Positions 8,463 through 17,081 of a DNA stretch of 64,000 nt are shown here, in pieces. The stretch is from a virus. Below the pieces are notes generated by a model. That model was not told the DNA's origin. It ran no database searches and saw only the letters and a list, made by a program, of their open reading frames with translations. Every line of letters starts with the position of its first letter. Position 1 is the stretch's first letter. A program made the translations under genes and the position numbers. Location of the stretch: the IMG/VR virus record IMGVR_UViG_3300045988_118131; one strand, 5' to 3'.

Positions 8463-9668
8463 ATGAGAAAAGGTTTAATGGCAATTATTGCAGTGTTAGT
8501 AGTAGCATTCTTGTGTATGATTCCTAAATTGGGAGAAGACATGGATAAGAAGCAAATTGGTGTAAATCAAATTCCTTTTACTGGAACCTTGGAATACTGG
8601 ACAAATGGAGGATTTCAGTTTCAGAAAATGGGAACTGTAACCATTTATGACAAGACTTCCCAAATTTGGTTTAATGAATTGATTCGGAAGGATGATGGCA
8701 ATGTTACAGTTTCTCCGGAATTGGAAAATCCAGCTATGCCAATTACTTATAATGATAAGGGAAAAGGATTTGTATTAGGCTCAGTTCGAGTAGAAATGCC
8801 ATTGGAAGGTAAATATTTGGAACGTATTCAAACCCACTATGGCTCTCAAGAAAAACTTATTAGAGACTTAATTAAGCCTACCTTGAATAAAGTTATTATT
8901 GCTTGCGGTCCTTTGATGTCGTCACTTGAATCTGTTAGCGAAAAGAGAACTGATTTGATTGCATTAATTACTGATCAGCTCAATGCAGGTGTATATAAAA
9001 CACAAGTAAGAACTGTAGAAGTTTTGAATCCAATTACTAATGAAAAGCAGATTACTAAAATTGCAGAAGCTATTCCTGACAGTCTGTCTCCTAACGGAAT
9101 CAAAAGACAGGAAGCCTCTCCGTTTGCTTTCTATGGTTTAAAAGTATCACAATTATCTATTAGTGATCTTGAATATGAAAATGCTACTTTAGCTCAAATT
9201 TCAAAGCAAAGAGAAGCTGATATGTCTATTATTACAGCCAAATCTAAAGCCTTGGAAGCTATTCAGAGAACTATTCAAATTGAAGAAGAAGGTAAGGCTT
9301 CTGCAGCTCAAGCTAAATGGGAACAGGAAAAGATTAAGGCTGTAGAGGTAACGAAGGCACAGCAAGCATATGAAGTAGCCCAATTGCAAGCAAAAGAAGC
9401 TGCTGAAAAAGCTAAGAAAATTATCGAAGAAGGTAAAGCAGAAGCAGAAGCTAATCGCCTTAAAGTACAGGCTGGTTTGACTCCTCAAGAAGCAGCTGAA
9501 TGGCAGTATAAGACTACTGTAGGTGTAGCAGAAGCTCTTAGTAAATCTAATGTACGTTGGGTTCCTGAAATCATGATGAATGGTAATAATTCTGGAAGCG
9601 GTAGTGCAATGGATGCAGTAGGCTTGAATATGTTGATGGATGTTGCTAAGAAAATGAAAAAAGAGTAA
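8463..9668 (+). CDS. SPFH/band-7 (flotillin/prohibitin-like) membrane protein
   Basis: N-terminal TM helix, a central domain, then a long Ala/Glu/Lys coiled coil (AEKAKKIIEEGKAEAEANRLKVQAG) typical of SPFH proteins. Confidence 0.5.
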   Translation: MRKGLMAIIAVLVVAFLCMIPKLGEDMDKKQIGVNQIPFTGTLEYWTNGGFQFQKMGTVTIYDKTSQIWFNELIRKDDGNVTVSPELENPAMPITYNDKGKGFVLGSVRVEMPLEGKYLERIQTHYGSQEKLIRDLIKPTLNKVIIACGPLMSSLESVSEKRTDLIALITDQLNAGVYKTQVRTVEVLNPITNEKQITKIAEAIPDSLSPNGIKRQEASPFAFYGLKVSQLSISDLEYENATLAQISKQREADMSIITAKSKALEAIQRTIQIEEEGKASAAQAKWEQEKIKAVEVTKAQQAYEVAQLQAKEAAEKAKKIIEEGKAEAEANRLKVQAGLTPQEAAEWQYKTTVGVAEALSKSNVRWVPEIMMNGNNSGSGSAMDAVGLNMLMDVAKKMKKE

Positions 9669-9781
9669 CAAGGGGCTAAATTAAACTCTCCAAACCAGAG
9701 CCCTTGAACCTAAATGTTAAGTATTACAAGGTAACAGACCACGAGGTAATTCTCTAGGAGTGCTGTTAGGGAGAGTGGATT

Positions 9782-9854
9782 TCTTAGGTAGCTTCAATTG
9801 GTTAAAGCCCTGGATTTTACTAGGAGATTGTGGGTTCGAATCCCACCCTAAGAA
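9782..9854 (+). tRNA. tRNA-like gene with a non-canonical (6-nt) anticodon loop; identity undetermined
   Basis: Acceptor TCTTAGG/CCTAAGA, D arm GCTT-CAATTGGTTA-AAGC, T arm GTGGG-TTCGAAT-CCCAC. The only good anticodon stem, CCTGG/CTAGG, leaves the loop ATTTTA. No encoded CCA. Confidence 0.5.
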
Positions 9855-9875
9855 CAAATAATTAAAAACAAAAAA

Positions 9876-10256
9876 ATGATTAATATTAATGTAGCAAAGG
9901 AGTTAGTTAAAATGTATGATAACTTAACTCTTGAAGATTTTGAACGAGAATGGTGTGATGGAATGTGTGGATCCAACATTCTTCAAACTTTTACAGGTTT
10001 CGGAAGTCCTAGAAAATGTCTATTGTGTAAAGAGGCTGAGGCATTAAGAGACAGGTTTGAAGAAGATATGTGTAATTATTGTATTTATGGCGAACATTTT
10101 GGATGCGTAATAGCTCCATATTATTTAGCTATATGTGACTCTTGTTCTCCGGAAGAACTTTTAAAAGCTGTACGTAATAGAAGTAATTATATAAAAACTC
10201 TTATAAAGGAGATAGAAGAAAATTCAAACAATGTAGCTAATGAATCAGAAAAGTAA
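9876..10256 (+). CDS. hypothetical Cys-rich protein
   Basis: ORF track. Multiple Cys pairs (CDGMCG, CLLC, CNYC, CDSC) suggest metal binding. Confidence 0.55.
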   Translation: MININVAKELVKMYDNLTLEDFEREWCDGMCGSNILQTFTGFGSPRKCLLCKEAEALRDRFEEDMCNYCIYGEHFGCVIAPYYLAICDSCSPEELLKAVRNRSNYIKTLIKEIEENSNNVANESEK

Positions 10257-10368
10257 GATCTCTTCTAATAAGAAGAATTTAAAAAAGAAGTCAAAAACAA
10301 TTATCCCTCTTTACCAAGATCTTTTTGGAGAGGTTGACAGACAAATGATTCAAAACATATTGAGATAA
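10240..10368 (+). CDS. small basic protein (42 aa), speculative
   Basis: ATG 10240 to TAA 10366-10368, below the track cutoff. Lys-rich. Confidence 0.2.
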   Translation: MNQKSKISSNKKNLKKKSKTIIPLYQDLFGEVDRQMIQNILR

Positions 10369-10451
10369 CACTAAAGTTAAATTTTTAAAACTTAACAAAG
10401 ATGAAATTGCTAACATAGATGAAGAAATAGAAATTAAAAAAATAGCAAATT

Positions 10452-10748
10452 ATGACTATTGAGGGAGAGGATTTTATTCTAACTCCAATTAACGAACACT
10501 CTTTAGGATTTGATTTGGAGTTGTTACAGACTATTAATAAAGGGAAGGAAAACGAGAGAAAAGAATTTAAAAATGTGGCTTATGCTCTCCCTTTAGATGT
10601 AGCTGTTAAGAAAATTATAGCATATCGAATCTCAAAGAAATCTGGAAATTCAGTTTTAAAACTGAAAGATTATATTAATCTATTTATAGAGGAAAGTGAA
10701 AAGTTAAGACATTTGTGTAATGGCAAAGAAACAAAGTCAGAAGATTAA
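10452..10748 (+). CDS. hypothetical protein
   Basis: ORF track. Co-directional tiling. Confidence 0.5.
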   Translation: MTIEGEDFILTPINEHSLGFDLELLQTINKGKENERKEFKNVAYALPLDVAVKKIIAYRISKKSGNSVLKLKDYINLFIEESEKLRHLCNGKETKSED

Positions 10749-10875
10749 AAAGGTTTACGAACCCAGAAAGGTGTTAATGTGTCCTAAGTGTAGAACTAAG
10801 ACTATACACATGTTGTTTGATTACGACAAAGGTATCTACAAGTGTTTAATTTGTAACGCTGTACATTCGGTATGA
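10720..10875 (+). CDS. small zinc-ribbon protein (51 aa)
   Basis: ATG 10720 to TGA 10873-10875. CPKC...CLIC pairs. Its stop overlaps the next start (ATGA). Confidence 0.45.
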   Translation: MAKKQSQKIKKVYEPRKVLMCPKCRTKTIHMLFDYDKGIYKCLICNAVHSV

Positions 10876-11141
10876 TTTATACAATGATTTTTCTCTATAT
10901 CATTTCGAGCTTGTTTGTATTAGACTTAGGAATTGTTGTTTTAAAACAAATTAGACTAGAAAGTGAAGATCATAAAGCTTCTTTAGGAGTATTAATTGGT
11001 TTGATACTTACAACTATCATTCCAGTAGTTAATGCACTTTCTGCAACTATGGGAATAATGGTTATTTTAGTAGACTTAGAAGCTAGAGACGTTTATATTA
11101 AACATAGCAAAATTGTACAATTTTTTAATATAAGAGTATGA
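10872..11141 (+). CDS. membrane protein
   Basis: ORF track. Two or three hydrophobic helices. Confidence 0.5.
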   Translation: MIYTMIFLYIISSLFVLDLGIVVLKQIRLESEDHKASLGVLIGLILTTIIPVVNALSATMGIMVILVDLEARDVYIKHSKIVQFFNIRV

Positions 11142-11347
11142 AAAAAGAACAAACAAAAAAGACAGAAAACAAGAGAAAAGAACTATCTCCAGTAAATGTA
11201 CATAACCAAGAAGAAATGATAGCTTTGGGCATACATCCTAAATATAAAGTTCCTAGAGATCCAAGTGTATGGACAAAAACACCCCATGAAAAAGAACTTG
11301 TCAAAGAATGCAGACATAGATACGGAAGAAGTATCAAAAAGTACTAA
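11138..11347 (+). CDS. hypothetical basic protein
   Basis: ORF track. ATGA coupling to the upstream gene. Confidence 0.45.
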   Translation: MKKEQTKKTENKRKELSPVNVHNQEEMIALGIHPKYKVPRDPSVWTKTPHEKELVKECRHRYGRSIKKY

Positions 11348-11516
11348 CGAGTTTTTTTACGAGGTAGCCTTATATAGAATATTTCCAGATAGGGTAGAAT
11401 CTATGGGTGGAAAATTCTTTAAGACTACTTCACCATATAAAGGTGAAACTTGTATAGTTAGAAAACTTAACAAGGAAGTTAAGGTTATGAAAACAATTAG
11501 TCAAATTTATATGTAA
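11265..11516 (+). CDS. hypothetical protein (start uncertain; overlaps the previous ORF in the +1 frame)
   Basis: ORF track. The first in-frame ATG beyond the upstream stop is at 11403. Confidence 0.3.
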   Translation: MYGQKHPMKKNLSKNADIDTEEVSKSTNEFFYEVALYRIFPDRVESMGGKFFKTTSPYKGETCIVRKLNKEVKVMKTISQIYM

Positions 11517-11518
11517 TT

Positions 11519-12193
11519 ATGGAAGTATTGAAAAATGAGCAGGCAGCTCAAAATGAAATAAAATCTGGAGCAGAGAAAGTAGAATCTGTTATTGAAAGTT
11601 CTCCAACCAATAAAGCAGTTATATTTCCTCCTGAAAAGAAAGCTAGGAGAAAGTGTACATTAAGTGATGAAATGGTAAAGATGCTTATTTACCAAATGGC
11701 TCATGAGCTTGAAAATCACAATATGTACAAAACATTTGCAGCTTATTTTTATCGTAACGATTTGTCTAAATTAGGTATTTATTATGATGAACGTGCTGCA
11801 GAAGAAAATGTACATCATCAGTGGATTTATAACTATCTAACCGAATGTGATGCTGAGTTCACGTATCCTCAAGTGCCGGCTATCAACTTGGATATTACTG
11901 ACCATGTAATGCCTTTCCGACTTACTGTGGATAAGGAAATTGAAACTACTTTGGGAATTAATCAAATAGTTAACAGGGCTGCAGAAGAAGGTGATTGGGC
12001 AACTTTTACATTCCTATTGGGAGACGATCCTAAAACTGGCAAACTGGTGCTAGAGCAGAGGGAGGAGGAATCTGTTTCAAGAACTATTCTTGGTATGGCA
12101 GAAATGGAAGGAAGCTGGCTAAGAAAACAAAACTCTATTTTGGAATTTTACAGAAATCCAGAATCTATTCAACCAGATAAAGACGAAGATTAA
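11519..12193 (+). CDS. ferritin-like superfamily protein
   Basis: Two helix pairs carrying MAHELENHNMY and ERAAEENVHHQW, which resembles the ferritin-like E...ExxH di-iron ligand pattern. Confidence 0.5.
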   Translation: MEVLKNEQAAQNEIKSGAEKVESVIESSPTNKAVIFPPEKKARRKCTLSDEMVKMLIYQMAHELENHNMYKTFAAYFYRNDLSKLGIYYDERAAEENVHHQWIYNYLTECDAEFTYPQVPAINLDITDHVMPFRLTVDKEIETTLGINQIVNRAAEEGDWATFTFLLGDDPKTGKLVLEQREEESVSRTILGMAEMEGSWLRKQNSILEFYRNPESIQPDKDED

Positions 12194-12216
12194 CAATTAA
12201 AAAAAAATAATTTATT

Positions 12217-12714
12217 ATGAAAGTTCAATTTTTAACTCAGAAATTTACAGACTTTGCAGGTGTAGAACGTTCTTTTACTGTAGCAGCGGTTCCAGAAGAT
12301 TATGTATCTCTTCCAATGACCCCAGAAGAAACTGCAGACCTTGTTGATACAGTTGCTAACGCTGTTGACAATGGAGAGTGTGAATACTGCAGTGCTCTGG
12401 ACTGTGTAGATAAAGTAAACTCTTTGGAACAGAGTAAGCGAGTAGTGTTTGGAGTATCTATATGTCACCCAAGTGATGTTAAGAATGAAAACGAGGAGTT
12501 AGGTAAGAAAATTGCAGAAGGAAAGGCTAAGAGTTCTAGAACTAGAATAGGAGAAATTACCATGACCTCTGGAATGTTTGTGTCTTACGAATACATTGAA
12601 ATGTGTCTAAAGAGACTAGCAGAGCTTATTGCTAGAAATCCTGAAAACTATAGTATTTCGTATGCAAAAGCAAAAGAAAAATTCAAGACAGTTCAAAACT
12701 CTAAAAAAGAATAA
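12217..12714 (+). CDS. hypothetical protein
   Basis: ORF track. Clean 165-aa ORF. Confidence 0.55.
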   Translation: MKVQFLTQKFTDFAGVERSFTVAAVPEDYVSLPMTPEETADLVDTVANAVDNGECEYCSALDCVDKVNSLEQSKRVVFGVSICHPSDVKNENEELGKKIAEGKAKSSRTRIGEITMTSGMFVSYEYIEMCLKRLAELIARNPENYSISYAKAKEKFKTVQNSKKE

Positions 12715-13113
12715 ATGAATATAAAGAACCAGAATATACTTGTTGCAATCTTCTGTGTTCTTCTACTACTGACTAATATAGCTCTATGGACATATAATTG
12801 GAGATGTATGAAATCGGATAACTACAAAGAAGAGATATCTCGTTTAAATGGTTTAAAAGATTCCTTGACTAGTGTAAACGATTCCTTAATCCTAGTGTCC
12901 AAAGAGCTTGCTACTTCTGTAGACAGCTTAAAGAATGAGGTAGGTAAAGTAGACTCAGTTATTGTAAAAACAGAAAAAGCTTATGAAAAAGATTTTATTG
13001 ATATTACTAATCAGTCTATCGCTGCCGATGCTAGGTTTTTCTCAGAATACCTTTCCAAAGATAGTGCAAGATTCAATGATAGTAATAACTCCTCAACAAC
13101 TGAAGCACACTAA
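12715..13113 (+). CDS. membrane-anchored coiled-coil protein
   Basis: N-terminal TM helix ILVAIFCVLLLLTNIALW followed by a coiled-coil-like region. Confidence 0.5.
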   Translation: MNIKNQNILVAIFCVLLLLTNIALWTYNWRCMKSDNYKEEISRLNGLKDSLTSVNDSLILVSKELATSVDSLKNEVGKVDSVIVKTEKAYEKDFIDITNQSIAADARFFSEYLSKDSARFNDSNNSSTTEAH

Positions 13114-13387
13114 TCTCATCTTTCTAGAGCATAAGAAACTCAAGTCGGAGATATTAGAGCTGAATAAAAAGCTGTCTCTACAAAAACAGATAAATGATAA
13201 GCTAGAAGAATCTCTTGTAGTACAGACTAATACTATAGAAAATTATAAATCTATGGAATCCATAAATAAGGATATGCTATACAGAAAAGACCAAGAGATT
13301 AAAAAATATAAGCTATCTGCAAAAGGGTGGATGATAGGAGGAATTTCTGTCACTGTAGTAGGAGTGTTACTATTAATAGCAAAGTAA
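12983..13387 (+). CDS. protein with an N-terminal signal peptide and a C-terminal TM anchor
   Basis: MKKILLILLISLSLPMLGFSQ signal, coiled-coil middle, C-terminal MIGGISVTVVGVLLLIAK. Begins 131 nt inside the previous ORF in another frame. Confidence 0.5.
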   Translation: MKKILLILLISLSLPMLGFSQNTFPKIVQDSMIVITPQQLKHTNLIFLEHKKLKSEILELNKKLSLQKQINDKLEESLVVQTNTIENYKSMESINKDMLYRKDQEIKKYKLSAKGWMIGGISVTVVGVLLLIAK

Positions 13388-13388
13388 A

Positions 13389-13646
13389 ATGACTGAAATA
13401 GAAGAATGGGCAAAAAAGAACATGTTTATATCTATTTTTACTGTTATACATAACAATAGAATAGAGTGGTCTGCAGGAGTTAGGGTGGGAATGGATAATA
13501 AAAACACCTGGTTACCATCTAAAGATGAAGGATGCCAGTTTAGTTCATTTTTAACTCCAGAATCTGCGTTAAGACATGCCGTTGAATTTTGTGAAAATTA
13601 TAAACCTAAAGTCACTAGGGTTGTAGTTAGCAAGAAGAAAAAATGA
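13389..13646 (+). CDS. hypothetical protein
   Basis: ORF track. Confidence 0.5.
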   Translation: MTEIEEWAKKNMFISIFTVIHNNRIEWSAGVRVGMDNKNTWLPSKDEGCQFSSFLTPESALRHAVEFCENYKPKVTRVVVSKKKK

Positions 13647-13816
13647 ATTCAATAATTAAGGACAAAAAACAACAGGAAATTGAAGCTGAACATAAAAAAT
13701 ACTGGAAGTTTCCTGAAAGAAGCTGTCAAAAATGCAAGAAATACCCTTGTTTTATAGGACAAGAGAATGCTAAAGCTGATTTTGCCAAGTACGGGTGTGT
13801 AAAATTTGTAGAGTAA
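13643..13816 (+). CDS. small Cys-containing protein (57 aa)
   Basis: ATGA overlap at 13643-13646 and TAATG overlap at 13814-13818. Contains CQKCKKYPC. Confidence 0.4.
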   Translation: MNSIIKDKKQQEIEAEHKKYWKFPERSCQKCKKYPCFIGQENAKADFAKYGCVKFVE

Positions 13817-14094
13817 TGGTAAGTATTTTGATTATTGTATCGCTCATAACTACTTTGGCATTTATATTCATGAATCACAAATTTGGATATAAAAAATATA
13901 GTTATGGTCGAGAGATTAAGATTAAAGTTAGAAATGCTTTTAAAATAGTTCTAATATTAGTATGCCTTATTCCCATAGTTAATCTAATAGTATCATTTAT
14001 ATATGTTTTATATAGTCTAGATTCATATAGATACTATATTGACTTGGAATTAGAAAATGAAAGTAATAAAATAATTAAATGGTTGTTTAGATAA
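13816..14094 (+). CDS. membrane protein
   Basis: ORF track 13795..14094 (GTG). ATG 13816 is preferred because of the TAATG coupling. Two hydrophobic helices. Confidence 0.5.
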   Translation: MVSILIIVSLITTLAFIFMNHKFGYKKYSYGREIKIKVRNAFKIVLILVCLIPIVNLIVSFIYVLYSLDSYRYYIDLELENESNKIIKWLFR

Positions 14095-14414
14095 TGGATT
14101 ATAACATTTATGCCGGACTCGGAGGTTCTTTTGGGGGAGCCCAATATGTCGGAACTATTAAAAATGCTACGGCTGAAGAAGCCTTAGAATATGCATATGA
14201 TATAGCAGTAGAGAAGTATGAAGATTATACTTTCTATGACGGAGTACATAGTTATAGTGAAGTAGAAGAAAAAATGTTAAAGGAAGATCCTGAGTGTTCT
14301 GCTGAAGATATAGACATTGCTTATGAAGAAGAGATGAAAAATTGGATCGACTATTATGCCGAACCTACAGAAGAAGATGATATAGAAGACTTTATGTTAG
14401 AATATCTTGATTAA
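14094..14414 (+). CDS. hypothetical acidic protein
   Basis: ORF track. Very Glu/Asp-rich. Confidence 0.5.
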   Translation: MDYNIYAGLGGSFGGAQYVGTIKNATAEEALEYAYDIAVEKYEDYTFYDGVHSYSEVEEKMLKEDPECSAEDIDIAYEEEMKNWIDYYAEPTEEDDIEDFMLEYLD

Positions 14415-14734
14415 TGATAAAGATACTCCATTGCAAGTTACTAACATATCAAATAGACCCAGGAGACTATGTAATTTATGTCTTTAGGAACTTGGATTCC
14501 TTAAGTACTTGCGATAAGTACATAATGTGTACTAAACATCCTAACTGGCAGTCGAAACCTGTTAAGATAGGACAAAAGGGGTATCTAAAAATTAAAGAGA
14601 TAGAAGCTGGTAAGGATACATGGTACGACTGTGATTCCAAAGAATCTATTCCCTACAAATATGATGGGGTTCAGTTTTTTGAATTTATAGAGGAAAAGAA
14701 AGAAGAGTTACAACAAGAATGTATCATGGTTTAA
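14414..14734 (+). CDS. hypothetical protein
   Basis: ORF track. Confidence 0.5.
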   Translation: MIKILHCKLLTYQIDPGDYVIYVFRNLDSLSTCDKYIMCTKHPNWQSKPVKIGQKGYLKIKEIEAGKDTWYDCDSKESIPYKYDGVQFFEFIEEKKEELQQECIMV

Positions 14735-14803
14735 TTACTTACAATAGATGATTTAACTAATAACAGATAAGCTGATGATAAAAACGTAAGTGATTAATTT
14801 TAT

Positions 14804-15664
14804 ATGAGTATTTTACAAGAAAGATTGAGTCAAGCAATTGCATCTAAGAAAAACGACATTAATTCTTTTATTTGGAAGGGAGAAAAAAGAGAAGTAGACG
14901 GTAAATTTGTGCAGGATGAAAAACGATTAGTAGACTGTACTTTGGAAGAACTACAAAGAAATTACGATTATTGCAAGCAAATGCTTTACAATGAAAACAA
15001 ACAAAAACCTGGACGTTATGTTTTAATCTCTATTATTGACGACCAGATTCAAAGGTGTAATTGTGAACTATTTTTGAGATGGCTTAAAACTGAAAACAAT
15101 AAGGATAGATTCTCATTTGTATCAGAAATTAAAAGGGTACTTGATACCGCTGATAAGAATATATTGGAGAATTTGAATCAGATTCCAATCAAAGCAATGG
15201 TGTCAGACCTACCCGATGAATATTCATCTCTACCTGTTAACTTGATTTTAGATGGTGGACTTGATAAATTGGGTAAGTTCAACAAGCAACATATTACCTT
15301 AACTTTTATTTTGAAACAGGGAGTATGGTTTACTCCTGAGGAAATGAAGGATCTAACTATCAAGGATGAAGAAACTGGAGAAGTTAGAGATAGACTAGAA
15401 GTAGTTAAAGAGAATCTGGCTTTAGGGAATAATATTCCACTGAAGGTTACTCCAAAAGGTCTGACATATTCTCAGTTAAGAGCTATGACGACTTTAAAGA
15501 GTAAGAAATACTCAGAATTGACTACAGAGCAGTTAAAAACTTTAAGAAACAGAATTTTGTTTGCTCTTAGAGACGACTGTAAATTCCATATTAAGCAATG
15601 GGAAACTAGAATGAAGCAGTTGGAGATGGTCGCTGAATCAAAAGGATTTATGTTAGAACCTTAA
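14804..15664 (+). CDS. hypothetical protein
   Basis: ORF track. Clean 286-aa ORF. Confidence 0.55.
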   Translation: MSILQERLSQAIASKKNDINSFIWKGEKREVDGKFVQDEKRLVDCTLEELQRNYDYCKQMLYNENKQKPGRYVLISIIDDQIQRCNCELFLRWLKTENNKDRFSFVSEIKRVLDTADKNILENLNQIPIKAMVSDLPDEYSSLPVNLILDGGLDKLGKFNKQHITLTFILKQGVWFTPEEMKDLTIKDEETGEVRDRLEVVKENLALGNNIPLKVTPKGLTYSQLRAMTTLKSKKYSELTTEQLKTLRNRILFALRDDCKFHIKQWETRMKQLEMVAESKGFMLEP

Positions 15665-15665
15665 T

Positions 15666-15779
15666 ATGAGCCAAACACTAATAATTAAGTTGTACGAACT
15701 CTCAGAGTATCTATTAACCTTTCAAGAATTAATAGACCTCTATGGTCCAGCAGCATTATATTGTTTGATGTATGGATGA
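15666..15779 (+). CDS. small protein (37 aa), speculative
   Basis: ATG 15666 to TGA 15777-15779. Overlaps the helicase start. Confidence 0.2.
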   Translation: MSQTLIIKLYELSEYLLTFQELIDLYGPAALYCLMYG

Positions 15780-17034
15780 GAAAACTAGTCGAGATATAAG
15801 ACAAGAAAAATGTGTAGAAAAATGGGTAAAAGCTAAATGCAAGGGCACATTAATTGCAGCTACAGGTTTCGGGAAAACAAGAGTTGCATTAATGTGCATA
15901 AAAAAATTCTTAGACAAAAATCCTCAAGCCTCCATTATGGTTGTAGTTCCAACTCAGACTTTAAAAGATCAGTGGATAGGCTTATTGTTAACTAATGGGA
16001 TTGCTTTTGTTAATGTAGAAATCATAAATACGGTAGTAAAGGATGACCATGTAAAGTTTCAATGTGATTTACTAGTAATTGATGAAATTCATACTTGTGG
16101 AGCTAATCAATTCTTCAAGGTTTTTGAACAAGTTAAGTATAAAATTATTTTGGGACTTACAGCTACTCTAGAAAGGTTGGATGGAAGACATATTTTGTTG
16201 GAAAAGAAAGCTCCAGTATTTGATGAAATTACTATAGAGGAATGTCTAAAGAACCAATGGGTATCTACCTATAAAAAGTATAAGGTTCTTTTAGATGTTG
16301 ATCTTACAGAATATACCCAGGCTAATACCGAGTTTTACAACCATTTTGCATTTTTCAATTTTGACTTTGATAAAGCTATGAAGTGTTTGGGTCCAACTGG
16401 ATATTTGGGAAGAGAGTCTCTTCTAAAACAAATATGTTCCGATTCGTCTAAGTATAAAGACGTCAGAAAAGAGATTACTGCTCACGCGTTTGGGTTTATG
16501 AAAACTCTACAAGCTAGAAAGTCTTTCATAGCTAACCATCCAAAGAAGATTGAAATAACTAATAAAATTCTAGAAAATCGTCTGAATAGTAAAGCCATTA
16601 CTTTTAGCCCAACCATTAAGATTGCTGAAAAAATCAAATATGGAGGAGTTTTACATTCTAAACAGACTAAAAAGAAACGTGACTTATCTATAGAAGAGTT
16701 CATAGGAATGACTAGCGGTTGTATCAATACTAGCAAGGCGTTAGATGTTGGAAATGATATACCTGGAGTAAACTTAGGAATAATATTAGGTATAGATAGT
16801 AGTAAAACTAGACTAATTCAAAGAACTGGAAGAATTATTAGATATTCTCCTGGGAAGGAAGCTGAAATCTTTATACTGGTAATTAAGGGTACTGTAGAAG
16901 AAGAATGGCTAAGAAGATCATCTGGGGTTAGTAGTTATATAACAATAGACGAAGAAGGACTTGAGAAAGTATTAGCAAACCAGCCCTATACACCGAAAAA
17001 GGAAAAAGAGGTTGGGATGCTATTTAGGTTTTAA
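15772..17034 (+). CDS. SF2 DNA helicase (DEAD/DEAH-like; ResIII/XPB-UvsW-like)
   Basis: Motif I ATGFGKTRVAL, motif II LLVIDEIH, motif III GLTATLER, motif VI QRTGRIIR. Confidence 0.75.
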   Translation: MDEKTSRDIRQEKCVEKWVKAKCKGTLIAATGFGKTRVALMCIKKFLDKNPQASIMVVVPTQTLKDQWIGLLLTNGIAFVNVEIINTVVKDDHVKFQCDLLVIDEIHTCGANQFFKVFEQVKYKIILGLTATLERLDGRHILLEKKAPVFDEITIEECLKNQWVSTYKKYKVLLDVDLTEYTQANTEFYNHFAFFNFDFDKAMKCLGPTGYLGRESLLKQICSDSSKYKDVRKEITAHAFGFMKTLQARKSFIANHPKKIEITNKILENRLNSKAITFSPTIKIAEKIKYGGVLHSKQTKKKRDLSIEEFIGMTSGCINTSKALDVGNDIPGVNLGIILGIDSSKTRLIQRTGRIIRYSPGKEAEIFILVIKGTVEEEWLRRSSGVSSYITIDEEGLEKVLANQPYTPKKEKEVGMLFRF

Positions 17035-17068
17035 CATTTTTTACATTTTTTAATTAGAAAATTTTTAT

Positions 17069-17076
17069 TAATTTTG
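17069..17076 (+). promoter_or_regulatory. Bacteroidota-type -7 promoter box (TAATTTTG)
   Basis: Matches TAnnTTTG. Lies in the intergenic region upstream of the ORF at 17082. Confidence 0.4.
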
Positions 17077-17081
17077 TACTC

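Noticed and set aside
9201-9671. Minus-strand ORFs in the track. This 156-aa one is an example; others include 3881-4087, 6381-6617, 6903-7142, 7353-7637, 17148-17511, 23329-23878, 30171-30815, 35393-36055 and 59849-60184.
   Set aside because: Every one lies antisense to a longer + strand ORF with recognisable motifs or better tiling. Their translations are low-complexity (F/L/S/I-rich), as expected for the reverse complement of AT-rich coding sequence. No promoter or terminator logic supports them.
9669-9781. tmRNA or a second tRNA upstream of the 9782-9854 cloverleaf. The region starts with GGGGCT, as many tmRNAs do.
   Set aside because: The 3' acceptor strand CCTAAGA cannot pair with GGGGCT. 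The region is far too short for a tmRNA. I could not draw a second T arm or cloverleaf. Some local hairpins remain unexplained.
11138-11516. Programmed +1 frameshift joining ORFs 11138-11347 and 11265-11516.
   Set aside because: The two frames overlap by 83 nt, but I found no slippery heptamer or stimulatory structure and no homology argument for a fused product. They are reported as two low-confidence ORFs.
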